This document shows, in pieces, positions 1 through 7,751 of a stretch of 42,663 nucleotides of DNA. A program made the translations under genes and the position numbers. How positions within the stretch are numbered: the first letter of the stretch is position 1; the number at the start of each line of letters is the position of its first letter. The notes under the pieces are model-generated. The model saw only the letters and a program-made list of their open reading frames with translations. It was not told where the DNA came from and made no database searches. The DNA comes from Candidatus Zambryskibacteria bacterium RIFCSPLOWO2_12_FULL_39_16 (lineage in GTDB: Bacteria > Patescibacteriota > Minisyncoccia > Phycocordibacterales > WO2-35-19). Where the stretch lies: contig MHWS01000005.1 in the NCBI GenBank assembly GCA_001824215.1, forward strand, positions 1,219 to 43,881, written 5' to 3'.

Positions 1-157
1 TTTATCAAAGCCTGCCCGCAACAACTTGCGAGTCGGACAGGTTGCAAAAACATTAAAACGGAATAACATTTACATATGCTCGCAAAATACAAAAAAAGAA
101 TGAAAAACGGATGATGATATGTTATGATGTGACTTATTATCAATTAATAATATAAAT

Positions 158-610
158 ATGAACAAGAAAATTACAATTATTTTAATTATTGTTGTTGTGA
201 TACTAGGAGCTTTATTCCTATTCAAAAATAATAGTGTAGCTCCAACAGTGCAAAATGTAGAAGAGACTCCAAGTACAGACAATACAGCACCTGTAACGTC
301 TCCTACTGCGACTATAATAATCGATGCCACAACAAAGAGCACTGTGGTCGTGACTTACACCGACAGCGGATTTTCACCACAAAACATCACAATCAAAAAA
401 GGTGACACGGTTACTTTTGTAAATAAAAGTTCCATAGGTATGTGGGTCGCTTCTGGTCCTCACCCTACTCACACCAATTATCCGGCTTTTGACGAAAAAG
501 CTACAGTTAGCAATGGCGGTAGCTGGAGTTTTACATTTGACCTCGTCGGCAGCTGGGGTTATCACAACCACAAAAACTCTGCCGCTTTTGGTAAGGTGAT
601 TATAGAATAG
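158..610 (+). CDS. membrane-anchored cupredoxin-like domain protein
   Basis: N-terminal TM helix ITIILIIVVVILGALFLF. C-terminal beta-rich domain ITIKKGDTVTFVNKS...SWGYHNH resembles cupredoxin/EfeO-type folds. No Cys ligand is present. Confidence 0.5.
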   Translation: MNKKITIILIIVVVILGALFLFKNNSVAPTVQNVEETPSTDNTAPVTSPTATIIIDATTKSTVVVTYTDSGFSPQNITIKKGDTVTFVNKSSIGMWVASGPHPTHTNYPAFDEKATVSNGGSWSFTFDLVGSWGYHNHKNSAAFGKVIIE

Positions 611-616
611 CAAAAT

Positions 617-877
617 ATGCAAAATAGGGCTTTTATTTTAATCTTTATCGCTGTGGTCTTTATCCTCGGGGGTCTTCTTTATATTTACAATCCAAACCCA
701 ACAGAATACGAAAATCCAAAAGAAAAAGAACCTGCGGTTTGCACAATGGAAGCCAAGCTTTGCTCTGATGGCTCTTATGTCGGCCGCACTGGACCAAATT
801 GTGAATTTACAGCTTGCCCGATACCGCCGGACGCAATATTTGAAGACGGAACGGTAAATGCCAACGGTTCGCAATAG
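617..877 (+). CDS. small membrane-anchored Cys-containing hypothetical protein
   Basis: 86-aa ORF with a TM helix (FILIFIAVVFILGGLLYI) and a 4-Cys ectodomain CTMEAKLCSDG...CEFTAC. Tightly packed between neighbouring genes on the same strand. Confidence 0.45.
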   Translation: MQNRAFILIFIAVVFILGGLLYIYNPNPTEYENPKEKEPAVCTMEAKLCSDGSYVGRTGPNCEFTACPIPPDAIFEDGTVNANGSQ

Positions 878-879
878 TA

Positions 880-3087
880 ATGATAATCAAAACAGATACC
901 CTGCTTGAATCAATTCAAAGACTCTCGCCTTTTCAAAAGAAAGCGCTATCTAAAATGCGGCTCAAAAAAGTCCTAGATATTTTGAGATATTTTCCGTCCA
1001 GATATGGGGAATCCGGTTTGGTCAAATCCATAGAATTTTTGATGTCTGGGGAAAATGCGGTGTTATTTGGCAAGATTTCAAAATTAAAAACTGCTAAAAC
1101 TTGGAAGTCCAGAGTAGCTATATCAACAGCCGAAGTAGAAGACTCCACCGGGAGAATAAAACTCGTTTGGTTCAACCAGCCATATATAGCTAAAATGTTT
1201 TCCGAAGGAAATCTAGTGAGGATTGAAGGTCGAGTGAGCCAAAGGCGAACGAAGATTCCGAGCGACAGCGAGGAACAGCTTTATATCTCCAACCCGAAAA
1301 TTGAAAAAGTTTCTTATATACCCGAAGGTACGAGTGATTCTTTGTTTCCCGGAGAAGAAAATCATAACCTTTCCCCTGTTTATCCGGAGAGCCGAAGTAT
1401 CTCTTCAAATTGGATTTACCATTGTCTGCAAAAAATATTCTCCGCCCAAGGCGGATCCGCCTCTGGCGGAAAAAACTTCTTGGATACTCTGGAAGATCCG
1501 ATTCCACAAGAAATTTTAAAAAAATACAGTCTGCCTTCCCTTAAAACAGCTGTAGTTTGGATACATGCTCCAAGAAAAAAAGAGGACGCCGAAATCGCCA
1601 GAAAAAGATTTGCCTTTGAAGAGATTTTTTTCATCCAGCTTGATAGACAGAGAGAAAAATATATAGCCCAAAAAGAAAAATCTTTTTCTATCACAAAGAA
1701 AAATGAAGAAATGCGAGATTTTATAAAAACTTTCCCTTTCCCATTGACTCTGGCTCAAGAAAAATCCATAGGAGCGATACTTAGCGATTTTAAGACTGGC
1801 CACCCGATGTCTCGACTTCTTGAGGGAGATGTTGGCTCTGGTAAGACTGCGGTAGCGGCAACGGTAAGTTTCGCTGCAGTCACCACTGCCCCGCCCAACA
1901 GGAAGTTCGGTAATTTACAGGTGGCATACATGGCGCCAACAGAGATTTTGGCCGAGCAGCATTTTGAATCTTTCATAGAATATTTTTCTAAATATAAAAT
2001 ACCAGTAGGGCTAATAACCGGCAGCGGAGCTAAAAAATTCCCATCAAAAACTTCAAAAGATCGTTGGACAAAAATATCCAAACCCCAGCTTTTAAAATGG
2101 GTGGAAAACGGCGAGATACCGATCCTCATCGGCACTCACGCCCTTATCCAAAAAACTGTCAGATTCAAAAATTTGGCTCTCATAGTCATAGATGAACAAC
2201 ACAGATTTGGAGTAAAACAGAGAATGCAACTTCGCAGGAAACATGATATCGCCCCCCATCTTTTATCTATGACTGCCACCCCTATCCCCCGTACTCTGGC
2301 CCTGACAATATTCGGGGATTTGGACCTTTCTTTGCTTGACGAATTGCCGGCAGGCCGTCAGGTACCAGAGACAAAAATAGTTCTGCCACACCAAAGAGAA
2401 GAAACCTATGAAAAAGTGAGAGTAGAACTCCAAAAAGGCAGACAAGTTTTTGTAATATGTCCAAGGATAAATGATCCTGACCCAGATAAAGAAAATGTTA
2501 TAAACGCCAAATCGGTGAAATCAGAAGTTCTAAGGCTTCAGAAAAAAATCTTCCCCGAATTTAAAGTGGATGCAATTACAGGAAAAATGAAACCTCTGGA
2601 AAAAGAAAAGGTAATGAAAGAATTTAAAGATGGAAGAATAAATATTCTTGTAGCTACCTCCGTGGTTGAAGTGGGAGTTAATGTGCCGAATGCTACCGTT
2701 ATTATTATTGAAAATGCCGAGAGGTTCGGTTTAGCCCAGCTTCATCAGCTGAGAGGCAGGATTTTGCGAAGCTCTCACAAGCCATATTGTTTTGTTTTTG
2801 CCGATAGCAAATCTCAAAAAACAATTTCCAGATTAAAATCTTTTACCACCGCCAAAAATGGATTTGAGCTGGCTGAGGCTGATCTAGAGCAGAGGGGCAC
2901 TGGAGACTTAGCAGGAGCTAAGCAATGGGGCATCTCCGACCTCGCTATGGATGCTCTCAAAAATATAAAAATGGTGGAGGCTGCTCGAGAAGAAGCCCGC
3001 TTACTCATTGAACAAGATTTTGATTTAAAAAAATATCCCCTTCTCTCTAAACATTTAAGCCAAAAAACAGCCACTCATATGGAATGA
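880..3087 (+). CDS. recG: ATP-dependent DNA helicase RecG
   Basis: Walker A GDVGSGKT, DEQHRFG box, SMTATPIPRT, QLHQLRGRILRS, plus an N-terminal wedge/OB region. 735 aa. Confidence 0.93.
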   Translation: MIIKTDTLLESIQRLSPFQKKALSKMRLKKVLDILRYFPSRYGESGLVKSIEFLMSGENAVLFGKISKLKTAKTWKSRVAISTAEVEDSTGRIKLVWFNQPYIAKMFSEGNLVRIEGRVSQRRTKIPSDSEEQLYISNPKIEKVSYIPEGTSDSLFPGEENHNLSPVYPESRSISSNWIYHCLQKIFSAQGGSASGGKNFLDTLEDPIPQEILKKYSLPSLKTAVVWIHAPRKKEDAEIARKRFAFEEIFFIQLDRQREKYIAQKEKSFSITKKNEEMRDFIKTFPFPLTLAQEKSIGAILSDFKTGHPMSRLLEGDVGSGKTAVAATVSFAAVTTAPPNRKFGNLQVAYMAPTEILAEQHFESFIEYFSKYKIPVGLITGSGAKKFPSKTSKDRWTKISKPQLLKWVENGEIPILIGTHALIQKTVRFKNLALIVIDEQHRFGVKQRMQLRRKHDIAPHLLSMTATPIPRTLALTIFGDLDLSLLDELPAGRQVPETKIVLPHQREETYEKVRVELQKGRQVFVICPRINDPDPDKENVINAKSVKSEVLRLQKKIFPEFKVDAITGKMKPLEKEKVMKEFKDGRINILVATSVVEVGVNVPNATVIIIENAERFGLAQLHQLRGRILRSSHKPYCFVFADSKSQKTISRLKSFTTAKNGFELAEADLEQRGTGDLAGAKQWGISDLAMDALKNIKMVEAAREEARLLIEQDFDLKKYPLLSKHLSQKTATHME
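1441..1470. repeat. tandem pair of perfect 15-nt hairpins inside recG, in frame
   Basis: TCCGCC-caa-GGCGGA followed directly by TCCGCC-tct-GGCGGA. 30 nt = 10 codons, encoding SAQGGSASGG. Confidence 0.85.
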
Positions 3088-3127
3088 AATTGAAGTTTGT
3101 TAAGATTTGTATTATCCTAGAATCATT

Positions 3128-3201
3128 GCGCGCGTAGCTCAGTTGGTAGTAGCACCGAGCTTATACCTCGGGGGTCGTAGGTTCGAGCCCTACCGCGCGC
3201 A
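3128..3201 (+). tRNA. tRNA-Ile, anticodon UAU
   Basis: Cloverleaf read by hand: acceptor GCGCGCG/CGCGCGC, D arm GCTC-AGTTGGTAG-TAGC, anticodon stem CCGAG/CTCGG with loop CTTATAC, T arm GTAGG-TTCGAGC-CCTAC, discriminator A. CCA is not encoded. Confidence 0.85.
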
Positions 3202-3228
3202 CAAAAAAGTGAGTTTAAAACTTTAAAA

Positions 3229-3681
3229 TTAGTTACAAGTATCGTCGCCGTTTGGTTGGGTATTATCTTGGGCTCTTGAAGTTCCACTGGAATCAACGCA
3301 CCAATTATCATCGGCACCTGACACGCTCAAAAGATTTGCGGATACGGCGTAACCCGTTCCAGTAGATACGCATTTTACAGTAACTCCTGATGACATATTA
3401 TTTGTATAAGTTGCAACTATGTTATCGTCAAAAGCATTATTACAGGAATTTGTAGCCGTACCATAACTACCGTTATTATCATAATAAAGCTCCATCGCAG
3501 CTCTAAGGCCGGAAAGTTGGGCTTTGGTTTTTGCATCATTACCTTTATTTCTAGCACTATTAAGAGAGGCAAGTACTATTGAAGAGAGTACCCCTATAAT
3601 CGCAATGACCACCAATAATTCTATTAGAGTAAAGCCTGATTTAGTCAAAACTCTTACATAAAGATTAGTATCTTTACTCAT
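3229..3681 (-). CDS. type IV pilin / pseudopilin with prepilin N-terminal methylation motif
   Basis: Leader then KSGFTLIELLVVIAIIGVLSSIVLA (class III signal, G/F cleavage site, Glu at +5). C-terminal Cys pair. Confidence 0.85.
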   Translation of the reverse strand: MSKDTNLYVRVLTKSGFTLIELLVVIAIIGVLSSIVLASLNSARNKGNDAKTKAQLSGLRAAMELYYDNNGSYGTATNSCNNAFDDNIVATYTNNMSSGVTVKCVSTGTGYAVSANLLSVSGADDNWCVDSSGTSRAQDNTQPNGDDTCN

Positions 3682-3687
3682 AGTCTA

Positions 3688-3715
3688 AGTATAAAACTAT
3701 AAGCACATCAATCAA
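3688..3715 (-). promoter_or_regulatory. candidate promoter of the pilin gene, leaderless geometry
   Basis: Minus strand reads TTGATT (3715..3710), 16 nt, TATACT (3693..3688), 6 nt, ATG (3681). No SD. Confidence 0.4.
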
Positions 3716-3736
3716 CTTACACCTGTTGATAAACAA

Positions 3737-5659
3737 TTATGACAAATTTTCTTTTCTTTTGGGTTGGATACCGTTTGCCACAAGTATAGATTCAAATTCA
3801 TCACGTTCAATAGTCTCTTTATCAATAAGTCTCTTAGCTATTATATCAAGAAGGGGCCTGTGTTCTTTAATGATTATTTCCGCTTTGTCCAAAGCATCTT
3901 TCATAATTTTGGAAACTTCCTTGTCTATCAAGGCCCCCACTTGTTCAGAGTATTCTTTCTCATTTATTCCTCTACCAAAAAGAGTCTTGCCTCCAACACC
4001 TTCAAGAGCCACCGGCCCCAGATTTTCAGACATGCCATATTTGGTCACCATATCCCGAGCCAAAGCGGTAGAAACTTGTAGATCGTTTGACGGACCAGTG
4101 GTAATATCACCATAAATATTTTTTTCCACTACGTAACCAGCTAGAGCAACGGTAATATCGTCCAAAAATTCTTTTTTGGACTGGAGTTTCTTCTCCTCAA
4201 TAGGAAGTTTAAACACATAACCGAGAGCTCGCCCACGAGAAATTATGGAAATCTTATGGACAGGGTCAGCATATGGGAGCACAGAAGCTGCAACAGCGTG
4301 GCCAGCCTCATGATAAGCAGTCATTTCTTTTTCTTTTCTAGATAAGATGTGGCTTTTACGCTCCGGACCCATCATCACTTTTTCTATGGAGCGAATCAAG
4401 TCAAATTGAGAAACTTTTTTTCTGTTTTCTCTAGCCGCTAAAATAGCTGCTTCGTTCATAAGTGAATACAAATCGGCTCCGGAAAATCCGGGAGTACGTT
4501 CAGCGATAACAATCAAATTAACATCTTCAGCAAAAGGCTTCTCTTTTGAATGTATTTTCAAAATTTCTTCCCTATCATTACGGTCAGGTAAATCAATAGT
4601 CACTCGGCGATCAAATCTGCCAGGACGAAGAAGGGCTGGGTCTAAGACATCGGGTCTGTTTGTAGCGGCTATTATTATCACTTTTTCGGTTGGTTCAAAA
4701 CCATCCATTTCAACCAAAATCTGATTTAAAGTTTGTTCTCTTTCATCATTGCCACCGCCCAAACCGCCACCTCTTACTCTGCCTACTGCATCAATTTCAT
4801 CCATAAAAATAATCGCCGGAGCGGTTTTCTTTGCCATTTGGAAAAGATCTCTGACTCTGGAAGCACCGACACCGACAAACATCTCAACGAATTCAGATCC
4901 AGAAATAGAGAAAAAGGCGACCCCAGCTTCCCCTGCCACCGCTCTGGCTAAAAGCGTTTTGCCGGTACCGGGAGCACCCATTAAAAGTATCCCCTTGGGA
5001 ATCCTGGCTCCAATTTCAAAAAACTTTTTTGGATTTTTAAGAAAATCTACTATTTCAGAAAGTTCTTCTTTAGCTTCTTTACATCCAGCCACGTCTTTAA
5101 AAGTTACCCTCTGTTTGGTATCGTCCGGCTCCGTCAGTCTCGCTCGCGATTGGCCAAAGGAGAAAGCCTGCATACCCGCCCCTTTTATCTGGCGGCTCAT
5201 AATCCAAATGAAAACTGCTATGAAAAGAACTGGAAATAATATAGGAGAAAGATTAATCAGCCAATAAAGAAACCCTGTCTCTTGATTGACACTTACTTTT
5301 ACTTTATCGAGTTGGTCAGCAGTGACACCATAGGCAGCTAAAGTATCGGTAAAACTTGCACTATCCTCCTTCTTTGAAGTCTTGATTATACCGTCTTGGA
5401 AAGTGGCATCTATTGAACTATTGGTAACTCTTATTTCCTTTATTTGACCAGCTTTCACTGACAGGGCCAAATCAGAAATGCTTATTTCTTCTTTACTTTT
5501 GTTACTGGAGATTAGAGAATAAATTGAAACTACAAAAAACAAAACCAGAACACCTATCACAAAATTGCCAAAAAAAGAATTCTTCATCCCCCTGCCTGGA
5601 ATTTTATCTAAAAAGACTTTTTTTGGACTATCTTTTTTGTTTTGTTTTGGTTTTGGCAT
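3737..5659 (-). CDS. ftsH: ATP-dependent zinc metalloprotease FtsH
   Basis: Two TM segments, AAA+ Walker A GAPGTGKT, Walker B IIFMDEID, second region of homology, zinc site HEAGHA. Confidence 0.95.
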   Translation of the reverse strand: MPKPKQNKKDSPKKVFLDKIPGRGMKNSFFGNFVIGVLVLFFVVSIYSLISSNKSKEEISISDLALSVKAGQIKEIRVTNSSIDATFQDGIIKTSKKEDSASFTDTLAAYGVTADQLDKVKVSVNQETGFLYWLINLSPILFPVLFIAVFIWIMSRQIKGAGMQAFSFGQSRARLTEPDDTKQRVTFKDVAGCKEAKEELSEIVDFLKNPKKFFEIGARIPKGILLMGAPGTGKTLLARAVAGEAGVAFFSISGSEFVEMFVGVGASRVRDLFQMAKKTAPAIIFMDEIDAVGRVRGGGLGGGNDEREQTLNQILVEMDGFEPTEKVIIIAATNRPDVLDPALLRPGRFDRRVTIDLPDRNDREEILKIHSKEKPFAEDVNLIVIAERTPGFSGADLYSLMNEAAILAARENRKKVSQFDLIRSIEKVMMGPERKSHILSRKEKEMTAYHEAGHAVAASVLPYADPVHKISIISRGRALGYVFKLPIEEKKLQSKKEFLDDITVALAGYVVEKNIYGDITTGPSNDLQVSTALARDMVTKYGMSENLGPVALEGVGGKTLFGRGINEKEYSEQVGALIDKEVSKIMKDALDKAEIIIKEHRPLLDIIAKRLIDKETIERDEFESILVANGIQPKRKENLS

Positions 5660-5772
5660 ATTAATCTGATTTGCCGAGTTAAAACAAAATTCAAAAGTTG
5701 GTTCTACCCCGCAAGAGGCGACCCGAGGACTTTTGCAATTTTGATTTTAATGAGGCAATGATAACATAAAAA

Positions 5773-5781
5773 TGATAAAAT
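5773..5781 (+). promoter_or_regulatory. extended -10 element upstream of smpB
   Basis: TGaTAAAAT, then 7 nt (tacgagt), then ATG at 5789. No SD. Confidence 0.45.
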
Positions 5782-5788
5782 TACGAGT

Positions 5789-6232
5789 ATGTCGCTAATT
5801 CAGAATAAAAAAGCATATTTTAACTATGAAATCCTTGATAAAATCGAGGCTGGTATTGAATTACTAGGTTTTGAAGTAAAGTCCTTAAAAAAAGGACAGG
5901 GTTCTTTGGAAGGCTCTCACGTCATAGTACGGGGAAACGAAGCATTTGTCGTCAATATGCAGATTCCTCCATATCAGCCGGCAAATACCCCAAAAGATTA
6001 CGATACTACACGAAATCGTCGCCTACTTTTAACCAAAAAGGAAATAGAGAGCTTATCAAAATCAGAAAACCAAAAAGGATTGACAATAATACCTATTTCG
6101 GTGTATAATAAAGGTAGAAAACTTAAATTAGAAGTCGCTATCGTTCGCGGCAAGAAAAAATATGATAAACGCGAAAGTATCAAAAAGCGTGATGTGGAGC
6201 GCGATATCCGAAGAACTTTGAAAAATGAATAG
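5789..6232 (+). CDS. smpB: SsrA-binding protein SmpB
   Basis: NKKAYFNYEI...GIELLGFEVKSL...RNRRLLL...GLTIIPISVY, with a basic C-terminal tail. Lies immediately upstream of tmRNA. Confidence 0.93.
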   Translation: MSLIQNKKAYFNYEILDKIEAGIELLGFEVKSLKKGQGSLEGSHVIVRGNEAFVVNMQIPPYQPANTPKDYDTTRNRRLLLTKKEIESLSKSENQKGLTIIPISVYNKGRKLKLEVAIVRGKKKYDKRESIKKRDVERDIRRTLKNE

Positions 6233-6286
6233 TTGTCTGCCAAAAATTCCCCCATTGAATAGAATATGAAAAACACCATTCAGTGG

Positions 6287-6691
6287 GGGGATGATCGGCC
6301 TAGACAATAAGATATATTTGCAAAATGCAAGAGAGAGCCGTAGTGACTCTTAAATCCGCTATAAAAGATAACTGTAAACAAAGTTGTCGCAAAAGCTCAG
6401 TCCGTTGTATCTCCATATTTTGGAGCCAATGACTTCGCTTTCGCTTACGTTAGAACTTAAAAGCTAACCTGAGCGACGTCAAATTCTCTAACGTCTCATA
6501 GGAGAAATTTGGTGTAATAAACTGAGACTCTGAGAAACAGCCGCTTCGCTGTTTCTCGAAATGTAGAAGCTCGATGTTTTAAGATTTTGTTTGTTCCTCA
6601 CTTAAAACATTTAAACAATCAAAACAAACTACCTCTTGTAGAAATTTTTCAAATCTCTTGTTGCATGCGAGTTCGATTCTCGCCATCTCCA
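6287..6691 (+). ncRNA. ssrA: tmRNA (ssrA)
   Basis: 5' GGGGATGATCGGCCTAGAC pairs with 3' CATCTCC, including a G3:U70 pair. T arm GCGAG-TTCGATT-CTCGC, discriminator A. Internal tag frame runs from GCA 6389 to TAA 6458-6460. Adjacent to smpB. Confidence 0.85.
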
Positions 6692-6696
6692 CAAAT

Positions 6697-7644
6697 TTAA
6701 TTTACCAAACACGTCCTGCCATCGCGGTTGAGGGAGACTTTGTGTTCAATTATTTTGATATTTCCATTTTTAATATACATTTCCAAAACTAATCCAGTAG
6801 AAACATCACTATTCCAATACTGGTCAAATATGAAGTTGCCGAGAGAATAATAAACTGTTGCTTGCGGTGAGCCTGTCGAATCCGTCCCCTCTTGTCCTGA
6901 GTTTGTCGAAGGAATTTTTTCGGAAGGTAAAACGATGTGGGGATGAGAACCTACAATGAAAGATGCGCCGCTTTTTGCAAAAAGAGCGGCTGTATTTTTG
7001 ATGCGGGCCGGAACATCCGAATATTCATCTCCCCAATGAGCATAAACGAAAACAGTCTGCCCATTTTTCTTTTCATCGGATATTTTTTGAACTACTTTTT
7101 TAGAAGAGTCTCCTCCAAATTCGTTATAAGAAATAAAAGAAACGTTTGTCCCGCCCATGTTAGTGCGATAAATTGGTTCACCCACCTCGTCGTCGGGCAG
7201 ATCTCCACTTAACCCTCCGAAATAATTAACGTCGGCTTCACTTAGATATTTTATTGTTGAGGCAATTCCCTCTTGTCCGAAATTACCTATATGATTATTG
7301 CCCAGATTAACTAATCTTATATTGTTGTCTGCCAAAAGTTTTGCGGTATTGGTCGGAAATGTGAAAGTGTAATTACCGTCTCCACCTGGTTTAGTAAGCA
7401 TACTAATTGAAGCATTTTCTGTAATCGGTCCCTCCAAATTTCCAACTACCAAATCTGAGTCTTTCAAAAAATTATTAATGCATGAAAAAACAAAATCGCC
7501 GCCTTTGACATAACTTACCTCTCTTATATAGCGGTCAAAAAACATATCTCCGACAAATAAAATTTTAGCTCCTCTATTTTCATATAAAAAGAAAGCTCCA
7601 AATAAAATTACTGCGACAAAAATAAGTATATGGGTTTTCTTCAT
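6697..7644 (-). CDS. CapA-family (PGA_cap) metallophosphatase-like protein, membrane anchored
   Basis: Motifs VGDMFFDR, NLEGPIT, NLGNNHIGNFG, YAHWGDEY, GSHPHI. The ORF-track start at 7647 is TTG; the ATG at 7644 is preferred. Confidence 0.75.
   Translation of the reverse strand: MKKTHILIFVAVILFGAFFLYENRGAKILFVGDMFFDRYIREVSYVKGGDFVFSCINNFLKDSDLVVGNLEGPITENASISMLTKPGGDGNYTFTFPTNTAKLLADNNIRLVNLGNNHIGNFGQEGIASTIKYLSEADVNYFGGLSGDLPDDEVGEPIYRTNMGGTNVSFISYNEFGGDSSKKVVQKISDEKKNGQTVFVYAHWGDEYSDVPARIKNTAALFAKSGASFIVGSHPHIVLPSEKIPSTNSGQEGTDSTGSPQATVYYSLGNFIFDQYWNSDVSTGLVLEMYIKNGNIKIIEHKVSLNRDGRTCLVN
6860..6912 (-). repeat. two tandem copies of a GC-rich ~20-nt element, in frame within the CapA-like gene
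   Basis: Plus strand reads CTTGCGGTGAGCCTGTCGAA and CTTGTCCTGAGTTTGTCGAAGG. Together they encode PSTNSGQEGTDSTGSPQ. Confidence 0.7.
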
Positions 7645-7651
7645 CAAGATA

Positions 7652-7657
7652 ATTATA
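7652..7657 (-). promoter_or_regulatory. -10 hexamer upstream of the CapA-like gene
   Basis: Minus strand reads TATAAT, then 7 nt (tatcttg), then ATG at 7644. Confidence 0.4.
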
Positions 7658-7695
7658 ATACAAAATCTGATATTTAAGTTTTTAGTAAAAAGTTA

Positions 7696-7728
7696 AGACC
7701 CGCCATGTCCTCTAGGACTGGCGGGTCT
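7696..7728 (-). terminator. rho-independent terminator of the 651-aa gene
   Basis: AGACCCGCCA...TGGCGGGTCT stem extended by GTCC/GGAC. On the minus strand it is followed by TAACTTTTTAC. Lies 24 nt after the stop codon. Confidence 0.6.
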
Positions 7729-7751
7729 GAGTGAAAGAGCTATTGGAACAA

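Noticed and set aside
4749-5267. 172-aa plus-strand ORF inside ftsH, and similar antisense ORFs: 70-342, 1755-2135, 10143-10487, 15878-16321, 32058-32423, 36652-37074, 41562-41858.
   Set aside because: All lie fully within strongly supported conserved genes on the opposite strand. They have low-complexity or odd composition and no start signals, so they are shadow ORFs.
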